This document shows, in pieces, positions 44,423 to 54,707 of a stretch of 64,000 bases of DNA; position 1 is the first letter of the stretch; each line of letters starts with the position of its first letter. Source of the DNA: Chloroflexota bacterium (GTDB lineage: Bacteria; Chloroflexota; Anaerolineae; J036; Brachytrichaceae); assembly GCA_031368515.1 (NCBI GenBank), contig JANMNW010000674.1, positions 3,969 to 67,968 of the forward strand, given 5' to 3'. Made by a program: the position numbers and the translations under genes. The notes under the pieces were generated by a model, which saw only the letters and a list, made by a program, of their open reading frames with translations, had not been told where the DNA came from and made no database searches.

Positions 44423-45391
44423 TCAGTCCCACTTTGTCAAGATGTTTAGCACACTGACCTCGTCAGGGCTCAGCCGATAACCCACAGCGCCGAGCGAATC
44501 GTTGAGCTGGTCGACCGTGTTCGCGCCGATGATCGGCGCGGTGATGACCGGGTTGCTCAACATCCAGGCCAGCGCCGTCTGCGCGATGGTCTTGCCGTGC
44601 GACTTGCCGATGTCGTCCAGCTTGGCGATCACGCCGTCGTATTTGGCGACATAGGCGGCGAAGCGCTCGTTGTTCTCGCCGCGCGCGCCCTTGGGCATCG
44701 GCTGTCCGGCGCGATACTTGCCAGTGAGATAGCCGCCCGCCAGCGGGCTGTAGGGAATCACACCCAAGCCCTGGTCTTTGCACAGCGGCAGCAGTTCGCG
44801 CTCAAACTCGGCGCGATGGGCCAGGTTGTAATGCGGCTGCACGCATTCGAAACGCGCCAAGTTGCGCGCATCGCTGATCCACAACGCTTTGGTCTGCAAC
44901 CAGGCCGGAAAGTTGCTCGCGCCGATATAGCGCACTTTGCCCGCGCGCACAAAGTCGTCCAGCGCGCGCAGCGTTTCTTCGAGTGGCGTGTCGTAGTCGG
45001 GCCAGTGGATCTGATACAGATCGACATAGTCGGTTTGCATGCGGCGCAGGCTGTAGTCGAGCGCCTGGGTCAAATGCGCCCGCGATGCCCCCTGATCGTT
45101 GGGATCGTCGCCCATCGGCGCGCGGCCTTTGGTGGCGAAGATCAGCCGGTCGCGCGGTATGGCATTTGCGCGCCACCACTTGCCCATCACCATTTCGGCC
45201 GTGCCACCCGGGTTGCCCGGCGCCCAGCGCGAATACACATCGGCCATGTCGATGAAGTTGCCGCCGGCGTCGCGAAAAGCCGAGAGCACATCAAACGATG
45301 TCTTCTCGTCGCTCGTCCACAAAAACGTCATCGTGCCCAAGCACAACTCGCTGACCTTGAGACCGGTGCGGCCCAGCTTGCGGTAGTCCAT
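44423..45391 (-). CDS. Aldo/keto reductase
   Basis: MDYRKLGRTGLKVSELCLGTMTF, GGNFIDMADVYS, VDLYQIHWPD, KVRYIGASNF. Confidence 0.9.
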   Translation of the reverse strand: MDYRKLGRTGLKVSELCLGTMTFLWTSDEKTSFDVLSAFRDAGGNFIDMADVYSRWAPGNPGGTAEMVMGKWWRANAIPRDRLIFATKGRAPMGDDPNDQGASRAHLTQALDYSLRRMQTDYVDLYQIHWPDYDTPLEETLRALDDFVRAGKVRYIGASNFPAWLQTKALWISDARNLARFECVQPHYNLAHRAEFERELLPLCKDQGLGVIPYSPLAGGYLTGKYRAGQPMPKGARGENNERFAAYVAKYDGVIAKLDDIGKSHGKTIAQTALAWMLSNPVITAPIIGANTVDQLNDSLGAVGYRLSPDEVSVLNILTKWD

Positions 45392-45482
45392 AGCATTCGA
45401 GTGTACATGGGCCGGTGGCGTCGCGGGCTGGCCATGCCGGGCGCGCTTGCGCCTATCGCCGCGAAACGGTACAACCTTCATT

Positions 45483-46622
45483 ATGAAGATCACCAACATC
45501 GAAGGCTTTCCGGTCTGGGGCGGTCATCGCAACTATTTCTTTCTGGTCATCGACACCGACGAGGGCATTTACGGCGTGGGCGAAGGAGGCATCACCAGCC
45601 GCGAACTCGCCTCGGTTGGCTATATCGATCACATCAAGCCATTGCTGATCGGCCAGGACCCATTTCGCATCGAGCACCTGTGGCAGCTGCTGTGGCGCGG
45701 CGGCTTCTTCCCGGCTGAAGGCATCGCCGCGGCCACCATATCGGCCATCGACATCGCCTTGTGGGACATCAAGGGCAAGGCGCTGAACGTGCCGGCATAC
45801 GACTTGATGGGGGGCCGGGTGCGCGACAAGGTGGTGTGCTATCCGCACAACTCCGGCCATCACATGGACACACAAGCGATCGTCGATTCGTGCCAGAAAA
45901 CCAAGGCCGAAGGCTGGAAGTTCGTGCGCTGGGGCGTGCCGAGCGAAGGCGACATTCTGGAGCCGCGCCGGGTAGTGGCGGCGTCGATCAAGCAGATGCA
46001 GGCGGTGCGCGAGGCGGTGGGCGACGAGATCGAGATCGCGTTCGATGTGCACACACGCCTGGATTTGCCCGACGCGCTGTGGCTGTGCACCGAAAGCGAG
46101 GCGCTGCGGCCGTATTTCATCGAGGACCCGTTGCGCAGCGAAAATGCCGATTCATTCAAGACGCTGCGGCCGCGCACACGCGTGCCGCTGGCCGCGGGCG
46201 AGCAGTTCAGCAGCAAGTGGCGCTTCCGCGAGATGATCGAAAACGAGTGGATCGATTACGCGCGCGTGGATCTGTGCATCGTCGGCGGCTTCACGGAGGC
46301 CAAAAAGATCGCCGGCTGGTGCGAGACGCACTACATCAACATGGTGGTGCATAACCCGCTCGGGCCGGTGTCCAGCGCGGCGTGTTTGCAGTTCAACCTG
46401 GCGGTGCCCAACTTCGGCGTGCAAGAGCAGCCGACCAAACCGGGCAGCATGCTGACCGATGTGGTGCCGGTGCAGCCCGAATGGCGCGACGGCTATCTGC
46501 TCCCGCCCACGCGGCCCGGGCTGGGCATCGAGTTCGACCGCGACGCCGCCCGCAAGCACCCGTTTAAGTTGGCCGAGTTGCCGCACCTGCGGCGCGACGA
46601 TGGCAGTGTGACGAATTGGTAA
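45483..46622 (+). CDS. Enolase-superfamily dehydratase, D-galactonate dehydratase (DgoD)-like
   Basis: MKITNIEGFPV..., LIGQDPFRIEHLWQ, AISAIDIALWDIKGKALNVPAYDLMGGRVRDK closely resembles DgoD. Confidence 0.85.
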   Translation: MKITNIEGFPVWGGHRNYFFLVIDTDEGIYGVGEGGITSRELASVGYIDHIKPLLIGQDPFRIEHLWQLLWRGGFFPAEGIAAATISAIDIALWDIKGKALNVPAYDLMGGRVRDKVVCYPHNSGHHMDTQAIVDSCQKTKAEGWKFVRWGVPSEGDILEPRRVVAASIKQMQAVREAVGDEIEIAFDVHTRLDLPDALWLCTESEALRPYFIEDPLRSENADSFKTLRPRTRVPLAAGEQFSSKWRFREMIENEWIDYARVDLCIVGGFTEAKKIAGWCETHYINMVVHNPLGPVSSAACLQFNLAVPNFGVQEQPTKPGSMLTDVVPVQPEWRDGYLLPPTRPGLGIEFDRDAARKHPFKLAELPHLRRDDGSVTNW

Positions 46623-46632
46623 GGGCGAGAGG

Positions 46633-47679
46633 TCACACGAAATAACGATATAGAAGGTTGCCTGCCTTCTCCGTCACATCATCAGATACCTGTCCGTCCA
46701 CAAACAGTCCGGTTAATGCTCCAAAAAGCGACTTTATTTGCGCTTCTGAAGGAATGGGCGCGTACCCTGCCGGCTCAAACCGCAAAAAAGAAATTGTGCC
46801 ATCTTCAGTTGCGTACTTCTGCTTGAAACGAATCAGGCCCTCCTGATCCCAGTCGCTCAAGCCAAAATCGACCCATGCACAGCCTTGCGCTTTTGCAAGC
46901 TTTATGAGTTCCCAGACAATGATGTCATTGGGGCGCGCGCCAAGCTGATTGCGGGCCGACGCATTGAACTTGTAGTACAGCGTATCTTGCCAGCGGAGAA
47001 CAAGCGTGCCCGCAATGACACTGCCATCCACCGAGGCCAGGAGAATGCCGCCATTCTTCGGCGCTATCCAGTGTTCGAAAATTGCCTCAAAGAAAGTCCA
47101 CGGTTGCGCCAGCATGCCATATTTGTACTTTCTGACCGCCAGATGCATTTCATAGTAGGCTCGCATGGCTTCGCCATCCTGCCTGTAAGTCACTTCGACC
47201 CTGTCGCGTTGAGCTTTCTTAATTGCACGGCGTGTAGACTCATCATTGCGCTGCCAGATGTCTTCCAGATCAGGTGTGATATCTATTCGATGCCAGCGCG
47301 CCTTTTTGGTTTCCGCAAAACGCGGGTCGTGCCGCACAATGTGGTTGTGCAATGGGCGGATTATGATCGGTGATCTCTGTTCACAAAGGGAGGTGATCAA
47401 CTCTGACCACAGTCCTTCTGTGGTTACCAGAGGATCACAATAGTCCGAAAACGGCATGGAGACCAGCCGGTTGCCCAGCATGTCAGACACGCGTGCAAAT
47501 GAAATTCCTGCGGTCAATAGTCCACTTGCGTCGGTGATGGCCTGAGCTTCAAAGGTGAATCCATAGCAGTCAGCAAGAACAGCCAGCCATGCCGGTGCGT
47601 GAAAAAGCGAGCTGGGTCCACCCGAAATAAACCTATGCCATCGTGGGTCTGTGATGGGATCTAGCGTGATGATGCTCAT
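46633..47679 (-). CDS. FemAB-like / GNAT-fold acyl(aminoacyl)transferase
   Basis: 348 aa, with a C-terminal GTLVLRWQDTLYYKFNASAR...RPNDIIVWELIKLAKAQGCAWVDFG pattern typical of Acetyltransf_6/FemAB-like proteins in EPS loci. Confidence 0.65.
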   Translation of the reverse strand: MSIITLDPITDPRWHRFISGGPSSLFHAPAWLAVLADCYGFTFEAQAITDASGLLTAGISFARVSDMLGNRLVSMPFSDYCDPLVTTEGLWSELITSLCEQRSPIIIRPLHNHIVRHDPRFAETKKARWHRIDITPDLEDIWQRNDESTRRAIKKAQRDRVEVTYRQDGEAMRAYYEMHLAVRKYKYGMLAQPWTFFEAIFEHWIAPKNGGILLASVDGSVIAGTLVLRWQDTLYYKFNASARNQLGARPNDIIVWELIKLAKAQGCAWVDFGLSDWDQEGLIRFKQKYATEDGTISFLRFEPAGYAPIPSEAQIKSLFGALTGLFVDGQVSDDVTEKAGNLLYRYFV

Positions 47680-47750
47680 GAACTATGAATTCCTCCATGC
47701 GAAATGTTCTGCGAGTGCGCAACTTCCAAGTTGCTTGCCAAAAGCGTGGG

Positions 47751-47801
47751 CGCCGATTTGCCCGTACCCGTCGCGTGTCGACGGGTACGGGCAAATCGGC
47801 G
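47751..47801. terminator. 23-bp perfect stem-loop between the lyase-like and FemAB-like genes
   Basis: CGCCGATTTGCCCGTACCCGTCG (47751-73), loop CGTGT, then CGACGGGTACGGGCAAATCGGCG (47779-801). The plus strand continues GGCATTGTTTTTGG. The minus strand continues CCCACGCTTTTGG. Confidence 0.65.
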
Positions 47802-47823
47802 GGCATTGTTTTTGGACTGTTGC

Positions 47824-50178
47824 CTAGAATGTGATGACCACAAATTCGTCACTTTGAATATACGGATGTCTTGCGCCGTTGACCCTAACAAATGTTGCCT
47901 TGGGTGCACGGATCGCGAGCTCCGAGCCGGGACGCATGTCGGCCGCGCTAACTTCAATTCCCCCGACAGCGTAGGTGACCTCCAAACCAGATCCTGTCCA
48001 CCCCCGTACAAAAGTTGTGTCTTCAATTCTCACTTGACTTCCAAAAGCCATGAATATTTGGGCCACTGAGCCAGCGTTTCTCCTTACAACCACGTTTCGG
48101 CTGTCACTGGAAATGCCTTGTTGATCGACAACCGAGCGTGGAAAGTCATAGTTGAACAGAAGCTCCTGATCGAGAGCACCTTCAGCCCTGAAGTGAACCC
48201 GGATGCTCAACTGGCTCGCATTGTTACTTGTTGACTCAACATGCGGAGGTTGCACCCATGCAGTTCCATCAGGCGGAAACAGGATGTTGACAAAGCGTGT
48301 TTCTGTCGTCGGGCTGGAGGGGCTGATCGCGACATAGCCCGATTCAACTCCCGTGTCATCGATATGGCCACCCAATCGAAAGTGCGGTTTGTCTGGCAGC
48401 AATGAAAGCACATGCAAGGCCTGATTGTCTGAAACCCCGCCTCGCACCCAGCTGTCTGTCATGGCAATATCCATTGCCTTGACACCGAAATGGGACAGCC
48501 ACTCCACCAACCTGGGAGCCCTCACTGAAACGTCATCGACCATTACGAAATAGCTGGGGCGCACAAAAACGACCTGCCTGATGAAACGAGTGACCCCCTG
48601 CGCTTGGTCATACGCAAGGGTTGCATTCGATTCCAAATAGTCATGCATGTGAGTACTGGCGGCCGTTTGGACGGCCGTTCCGCCTTGCAACCTCACGAGC
48701 TCGCTGAGCAAGATATCGTCAGCAGCCGGGCGCCATTGCCCCTTCCCATCCACCAAAACGGTGTTGCTGAACTCGGTATCCAGCATATCGTAGCGCTTTA
48801 CGGATGGCGCCAGCCAGCGACCACCACCAAACAAGTAGAAGCTGTTTGCATCAGCGTGATCGTGTCCCACGTTCAATACGCATTGCCGGCAGGCGTTCCA
48901 TGGTCCTTGCTCCTGTAAAAATGCATTCGCAGCAGCGTTTCCGCCAAATGGGCCGTTTTTTAGAGCGAAAACCAGGGACGAGTCCTGCCACCCTGTCCGC
49001 CACACAATGGCGCCAAGATCTGCAAAAATCCGGCTATTTGGAAGACGATCCGGGCGATTGGGCGCAACAGAATCGTCGCCATAAAGAAAACCTAAGGCAT
49101 CCCAGGGAGCACTGTAAACATTGGGCGGATCACGATTGTCAAGTTCACCAGCCAGCCACTGCGCAACCGGGTCATGATACTCGGCCGCCACAAAACGCAA
49201 TAGATTTCGCGGTTTGAAGCCATCAGACCACGACCATGCGAAGTTCCCGTATGCCAAAATGAAACGATCAAGCCCGTCCTGGCTCGGAAGATGGTTGTAT
49301 AGGCGCCAGGCGCCGTAATTGCTGAGGTACCGATGCGGCAAATCGTCCTGGCTCGCAAGCCGGCGAAGGTTGTACCAAAAGGGCAGCACCATTGTCAAGC
49401 CATAGCTTTGATATGGAATGCTTTCATGCCAACTGCCATCTGTGATGCGAGTGAGAAGATCACGCACATGTGACAGCCGTTCCGCCGCAAGTGAGATCCA
49501 CACAGGCGAGCGATTATCTTCGCCATGCAGAGCCATGCCCGCGACGCCCAGCGCGCTATACGCGGTCCAGCTATGGTTTTGCGCGTACGAGAAAGGCCAC
49601 CAATTGTTCCAAGCCGGATCGAACCGGCTGGTGGCCGCCTCATAAAGCGACTGCGCCCAATGTCCGAGCCGTTCTTTTATGATGCTGCGCTCGCTGTTCG
49701 TCAGCTTGTCATACATCCAGTCGTACGCCAGGGCATTGCCCAGCAGCATGTGCGCGTGGCCAAGGTCACGCCATCCATGCTCGCCCCATTTCGTCCACGA
49801 TGCGTAGGTAAGCATCAACATTTTGGTGCGCTCACAGACCGTCGCATCGTTATGCAACGTGCAGTCCAATGCCAGCGGAATCAGCTGATTGCCTGCGTTC
49901 CGATAATGATTAAGCGCATCGTCAGCCGGCATCTCGAGGGGCAGCGCTGACCCGATTGATTCACGGGAAAACAAAGCGATATTCGCCCATGTGCCAAACG
50001 AGTCTCTCTGGGCGCGGGCGCGCAGTTTGGGAAGGTCAGCCGCTGCAAAATAGAGTCGAGGATGATCAGTAACGGTGATGACAAGCCGACGCTCAAGCGC
50101 TGACGCACACCCCGAGGCGGCCAGCGCCACAGCGAACAACAACCAAATTAGTATCCTGCTTGTCGAGGCCACACGCAT
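47824..50178 (-). CDS. Heparinase II/III-family polysaccharide lyase-like lipoprotein
   Basis: Lipoprotein-like MRVASTSRILIWLLFAVALAASGC. N-terminal HPRLYFAAADLPKLRARA. C-terminal VGHDHADANSFYLFGGGRWLAPS is typical of the Hepar_II_III domain. Confidence 0.7.
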   Translation of the reverse strand: MRVASTSRILIWLLFAVALAASGCASALERRLVITVTDHPRLYFAAADLPKLRARAQRDSFGTWANIALFSRESIGSALPLEMPADDALNHYRNAGNQLIPLALDCTLHNDATVCERTKMLMLTYASWTKWGEHGWRDLGHAHMLLGNALAYDWMYDKLTNSERSIIKERLGHWAQSLYEAATSRFDPAWNNWWPFSYAQNHSWTAYSALGVAGMALHGEDNRSPVWISLAAERLSHVRDLLTRITDGSWHESIPYQSYGLTMVLPFWYNLRRLASQDDLPHRYLSNYGAWRLYNHLPSQDGLDRFILAYGNFAWSWSDGFKPRNLLRFVAAEYHDPVAQWLAGELDNRDPPNVYSAPWDALGFLYGDDSVAPNRPDRLPNSRIFADLGAIVWRTGWQDSSLVFALKNGPFGGNAAANAFLQEQGPWNACRQCVLNVGHDHADANSFYLFGGGRWLAPSVKRYDMLDTEFSNTVLVDGKGQWRPAADDILLSELVRLQGGTAVQTAASTHMHDYLESNATLAYDQAQGVTRFIRQVVFVRPSYFVMVDDVSVRAPRLVEWLSHFGVKAMDIAMTDSWVRGGVSDNQALHVLSLLPDKPHFRLGGHIDDTGVESGYVAISPSSPTTETRFVNILFPPDGTAWVQPPHVESTSNNASQLSIRVHFRAEGALDQELLFNYDFPRSVVDQQGISSDSRNVVVRRNAGSVAQIFMAFGSQVRIEDTTFVRGWTGSGLEVTYAVGGIEVSAADMRPGSELAIRAPKATFVRVNGARHPYIQSDEFVVITF

Positions 50179-50207
50179 CGGCGGCAATGCACAATCGCAG
50201 CAAGCAG

Positions 50208-51422
50208 TCATACGCCAAACAACGATGAGTACGCGGCCAAGAGGTGCTTCGACTGGCACGCCCACGACAAATGATCTTCCACACGCTTGCGTCCGAGCGC
50301 ACCCATTTCATCCCTTCGCGCTGGATCATCCATCAGCTCTGCGATACAAGCCGCGAAGTGCGCCTCGTCATTGGGCGTGGCATACAGCGCAGAATCTCCC
50401 GCCGAAAATCGATTCTCGGCCAGATCAAATGCAACGATGGGCCTGGACATGGCCATGTATTCCATCATCTTGATCACGGTTGACGAGTTATTGTATGGAT
50501 TCAGGGGATCGGGAACAACGCACAGATCAACGCTGGACAAAACTTCCCTAACCACATCGTATGGAACGCGTCCTGTAAACCGCACATGGCGAGAAATACC
50601 GAGATCCATTGACAACTGCTTTAGCGCGGGGACGGCGGAACCGTCACCCACGATTACGCAACACACGTCACGCCTGTTAAGCGTATTGACAAGATTGGCG
50701 ATCGAACGCAGCAGATAGTCACCGCCATCCTGCGGTCCTAGAATTCCCACATAGCCTATGACAAAGCTGGCGCTGCCGCGATAGTCTAAATTTGGCGGGG
50801 TCGGCCTAAATGTGTCCAGATCCGGCCCATTGCGAACGACATGCACCGCGTCCGCCCGCACCTTGCTGCGCTCGATTTCCTTCTGCTTATAGGACTCGTT
50901 GGAGGCGATGATGATGTTGGCGGCCTTGCACGTCAGCCGCTCGCATAGAACCAACGCGCCAACCACGAGTTTGCTACCCGCACCCCCATCTCCTATGCCC
51001 GAGCCGCCCCGCGATCTCGCGTCATACATTTCAGGTGAGAGATCGTGGTGATCAAATACGAATTTCTTGCCCAAAAGGCGCGCCAAGATACCCAGACCAA
51101 AAAAAATGTCCGGTGGATTGTGCGCATGCAGCACATCAAAACCATGCCTGACGCCAATCCACGCGGTCAGTGAAAACATCATCACGGCGGCAAAGCCATA
51201 TTCCACGATAAAACCGAGCGTGCTTTCATGCTCAGGCGGGTTGGGGAAATAATGAAGTTCCACGCGATCGACCACTTCCCGCCACACACGAGCGCCTTTC
51301 GGCCGCGGACATATCACCGACACTCGATAACCAGCCTGAATGAGCGTTGAGGCCTCACGCAGCGGGCGCACATCCTTGCGAAAGGTGTTGTTCTCGAGCA
51401 ACATCAAAATGTGCTTGTTCAT
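50208..51422 (-). CDS. Glycosyltransferase family 4
   Basis: MNKHILMLLENNTFRKDVRPLREA... is WcaI-like. C-terminal GT-B core. ATGA overlap with the upstream gene. Confidence 0.8.
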   Translation of the reverse strand: MNKHILMLLENNTFRKDVRPLREASTLIQAGYRVSVICPRPKGARVWREVVDRVELHYFPNPPEHESTLGFIVEYGFAAVMMFSLTAWIGVRHGFDVLHAHNPPDIFFGLGILARLLGKKFVFDHHDLSPEMYDARSRGGSGIGDGGAGSKLVVGALVLCERLTCKAANIIIASNESYKQKEIERSKVRADAVHVVRNGPDLDTFRPTPPNLDYRGSASFVIGYVGILGPQDGGDYLLRSIANLVNTLNRRDVCCVIVGDGSAVPALKQLSMDLGISRHVRFTGRVPYDVVREVLSSVDLCVVPDPLNPYNNSSTVIKMMEYMAMSRPIVAFDLAENRFSAGDSALYATPNDEAHFAACIAELMDDPARRDEMGALGRKRVEDHLSWACQSKHLLAAYSSLFGV

Positions 51423-52687
51423 TTGGCTGTGCTGATCCTGGGGTACGTGCCAGCGGCGCGGCGTTCAACAACGGTCTGAAGAAGCGCCGCCAGGCTGGCC
51501 ACATTTTTCCGCGCGGAGTGCTTCTCCAATATGGTCGCGCGCGCCGCGCTGCCCAGCCGCTCTCGAAGCTCGCGATCCAATAGCAGCCTTTCAAGAGCCT
51601 GCGCCAGTCCATGCGCATCCGCCTGTCTGACGAGAAGACCGTTCACGCCGTCTTCTATTAATTCCGGAATTCCTGAAGCATCCGTAGAGACAGCAGGAAG
51701 GCCGCACGACATGGCTTCGATTAGGGTTAGCGGAATGCCGTCGCGGTCGCCACTCTTGGCCATCATACTTGCCAGAGCGGAAACACTGCTGGTTCTATAG
51801 CAGTCAATCGTCGCCTCATGAGACAGCGCGCCCAATAAGCGCACACAGCTTCGAACAGCCAACTTGTCGATGCAGGCCTCCAACTCATGCCGGAGCGGGC
51901 CATCGCCGACAATCACGCATTCAAACGGAATGCCCTTGTTGTGCAGCATGGCGCACGCCTCTATCAGGAAGCGGTGTCCTTTCTTTTCGATCAAGCGGCC
52001 CACTGACAGAATCCGCAAGGGACCCTTCGTTTGAACGCAAGAGTCCGGAGTGTAGATGTCAGTCTCGATCCCGTACCGAACGACCGATATCGAGCCGCTT
52101 CCACTCTTATTGCAGAGTGATGCAATATACCGTGCATTGTATTCCGATATGGTGATGACTTTGTCTGCCTGGTCCAGCAGTCGTCTGACGTTTGTAGCTT
52201 CACGTTCAAACAAGTCGAACGCGTGCGGATAAATCGAGAAAGAGATGCCGGTAAGTTCGCGCACCACTGCAGCGGCCAACGCACCGAGCCACGCGAAATG
52301 CGCGTGAATATGTTCCACGCCATCTTTCCTAAGTTCGGCAGCTACTTGCACGATTTTTGGAAAAAGGATCATACTGCGCAGCCAGATCAGCGGCTCGCGC
52401 CATGTCAATCCCGACAGTAGCGCGAGTGCCCGCCAGTATGCCGCCGGCATTTGAAGCATTGTGGCAAAGTTTGTCGCCAGCACCCGGGCAGACAGCATCG
52501 GGCCGTAATGCGTCAGGGGCAGCAGCTCCCGAGATTGCCCATGCACAGGCTCATTGGCGCGCGGCGGAAGCAATGAGTACAGGGTGACATCGGCGTGCTC
52601 CCTCATCCAAAATATCTCTCTGGCGACAAATGTTTCAGTCAAAAGAGGAAACCGATGCAAGAGATACGCCACCTTCAAGCGCGTCAT
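51419..52687 (-). CDS. Glycosyltransferase family 4 (WcaL-like)
   Basis: MTRLKVAYLLHRFPLLTETFVAREI, and DGIPLTLIEAMSCGLPAVSTDASGIPELI (E-x7-E region). GAGGAGG lies upstream of the ATG at 52687. Confidence 0.8.
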   Translation of the reverse strand: MTRLKVAYLLHRFPLLTETFVAREIFWMREHADVTLYSLLPPRANEPVHGQSRELLPLTHYGPMLSARVLATNFATMLQMPAAYWRALALLSGLTWREPLIWLRSMILFPKIVQVAAELRKDGVEHIHAHFAWLGALAAAVVRELTGISFSIYPHAFDLFEREATNVRRLLDQADKVITISEYNARYIASLCNKSGSGSISVVRYGIETDIYTPDSCVQTKGPLRILSVGRLIEKKGHRFLIEACAMLHNKGIPFECVIVGDGPLRHELEACIDKLAVRSCVRLLGALSHEATIDCYRTSSVSALASMMAKSGDRDGIPLTLIEAMSCGLPAVSTDASGIPELIEDGVNGLLVRQADAHGLAQALERLLLDRELRERLGSAARATILEKHSARKNVASLAALLQTVVERRAAGTYPRISTAK

Positions 52688-52787
52688 ATGAAGTTCCTCC
52701 TCGAAACACACGCCTCTGAGCCGTGACACATCTCGAATGAAACTACCCTATGCTTTGTTTCGCAGCAGGTTCCAATTCGAAGGATAT

Positions 52788-54704
52788 TCATCTGCGAGCC
52801 TCTTGCGCCAGACCATGACCTGGCTGTTTGTCAACAAAAGTCTGTTGCCAAAGCTCTATGTTGATCAATCCCCAGATCAAGGAGCTGTGATCCGCAAAAC
52901 CCGACTCATGCTCGTGCAACAAGCCCGACACATAGTTGGCTGAAAACAACCCGCGCGTCATTATGGTTGCAGACGAAAGAGTATCTCGGACGTACTCCCG
53001 TAGTTCGTTTCGAAACCAACTGGCATAGGCCACCGGGAATCCTTTCTTTGCGCGCCGGCTCGTTTCCGGCGGCAGCCACTGGGCCGCCGTCTTTCTGAGT
53101 AGATATTTCCGCGTCAAACCTCGGATTTTCAGCCGAGTGGGGAGTCGCGCAGCAAATTCCACCAGCTTGTGATCCAAAAGCGGAACACGTGCCTCAAGCG
53201 ATACCGCCATCGCCATCTTGTCCCCACGAGCCAACAGGTCATCCGGCAGCCACAGTTTGCTGTCAACATACAACATGCGGTTTAGTCGATTGGATGTTCG
53301 GCTGCGCGACAATTGCTCGCCTACCGCGTCGTACGCTGCATGTTCGGGCATCACCGATCGTGCGTGGTCGGTCAACAATGCTTGCCGCCGATGCCTGTTG
53401 AATAACGGAAACCATTCCACCAGGCGCATAGCCTCGTCATTTACATTGATGGCCGCGTATGCCTTTTTGATTCGATTCATGCCGGGAATCGTGCGCGACA
53501 ACATAGACGCAAGCTTGAGTACGTTTCTGGGCATGACCTGCACGACGGGCGCAAAGCACTCGCCCAGATATCGGGCGTAACCACCAAACAGTTCGTCACC
53601 GCCTTCTCCGGTCAACACCGTCTTGACATCGCGCGCGGCAGCTCGTGCCAGGCAATAGTTGGCCAGCGCCGCATCATCGGCGATGGGCTGATCCAGGTGC
53701 CACACAACCTTATTGACGCTGTTCAGGAAGTCGCCAGGCGTGACAATCACCTCCGTGTGTTCAGTCGCGCAGTGTCTCGAGACGCTTCGGGCATAAGGCA
53801 GTTCGCCGGTCACCCCCTTCGTGGCTGCAAATCCCAGCGCGTAGGTCTTCACCGGGCTGTTCACGTAACGGGACATAATGGCCACGATGCTGCTTGAGTC
53901 CAATCCGCCGCTCAAAAACGCACCCACGGGCACATCGCCAATCAGGTGCATTTTTACGCACTCGCGCAGTAATCCGTCCAACTCCTCGGCATAATCGCGC
54001 TCGCGCCGCGCCTTTGCTTCCTCAACAAATGACAAGTCCCAATATTGTTTCGTCACCGCGCCACGGCCCGCCGCGCATGTCAAAACGTGTCCGGGCTGCA
54101 GCGCCCGTATCCCTGCAAACATGGTCATGGGCGCAGGAACATATTGCAGTGAAATGAACGCAGACATTGCCGCGTAATCCACGCTTGGGCAAACCGCTGG
54201 GTGCTGCAAGATCGCCTTGATCTCCGACGCGAATACCAAGGTCTTCCCATCGTCGTAGTAATAAATCGGCTTGATGCCAAGTCGGTCTCGAGCCAGAACA
54301 AGTTGGCGTTTCGCGCCGTCCCAAATTGCAACACCAAACATGCCGCGCAGGTGCTCGACAAATCCCAGTCCATGTTCTTCATAAAGATGGGCAATGACTT
54401 CAGTGTCGCTTTCGGTCGTCAGTTGATGCCCTTGTAGCAGCAGATTGCGGCGAAGCTCGCGATAGTTATATGTCTCGCCGTTGTAAGCGACTGCAACGCT
54501 ACGATCTTCATTGAACATAGGCTGATGCCCGTTTTTCAAATCGACAATGCTCAGCCGCTGGGCACCAATTGCCGCTTCATTGTCAATGACCCACCCTTTG
54601 TCGTCCGGTCCTCGATGTTGCAGGACGTCCAGCATGGCGCGCAACACGTCAGAAGAAACGTGAGCTCCGTTTGCATAGTTGTGAATCCCGGCGATGCCAC
54701 ACAT
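52788..54704 (-). CDS. asnB: Asparagine synthase (glutamine-hydrolysing)-family amidotransferase
   Basis: N-terminal nucleophile MCGIAGI, plus HRGPDD and the PP-loop FLSGGLDSS. Confidence 0.9.
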   Translation of the reverse strand: MCGIAGIHNYANGAHVSSDVLRAMLDVLQHRGPDDKGWVIDNEAAIGAQRLSIVDLKNGHQPMFNEDRSVAVAYNGETYNYRELRRNLLLQGHQLTTESDTEVIAHLYEEHGLGFVEHLRGMFGVAIWDGAKRQLVLARDRLGIKPIYYYDDGKTLVFASEIKAILQHPAVCPSVDYAAMSAFISLQYVPAPMTMFAGIRALQPGHVLTCAAGRGAVTKQYWDLSFVEEAKARRERDYAEELDGLLRECVKMHLIGDVPVGAFLSGGLDSSSIVAIMSRYVNSPVKTYALGFAATKGVTGELPYARSVSRHCATEHTEVIVTPGDFLNSVNKVVWHLDQPIADDAALANYCLARAAARDVKTVLTGEGGDELFGGYARYLGECFAPVVQVMPRNVLKLASMLSRTIPGMNRIKKAYAAINVNDEAMRLVEWFPLFNRHRRQALLTDHARSVMPEHAAYDAVGEQLSRSRTSNRLNRMLYVDSKLWLPDDLLARGDKMAMAVSLEARVPLLDHKLVEFAARLPTRLKIRGLTRKYLLRKTAAQWLPPETSRRAKKGFPVAYASWFRNELREYVRDTLSSATIMTRGLFSANYVSGLLHEHESGFADHSSLIWGLINIELWQQTFVDKQPGHGLAQEARR

Positions 54705-54707
54705 TTT

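Noticed and set aside
44597-45718. 373-aa plus-strand ORF antisense to the aldo/keto reductase
   Set aside because: It is a shadow ORF. The minus frame has canonical AKR motifs.
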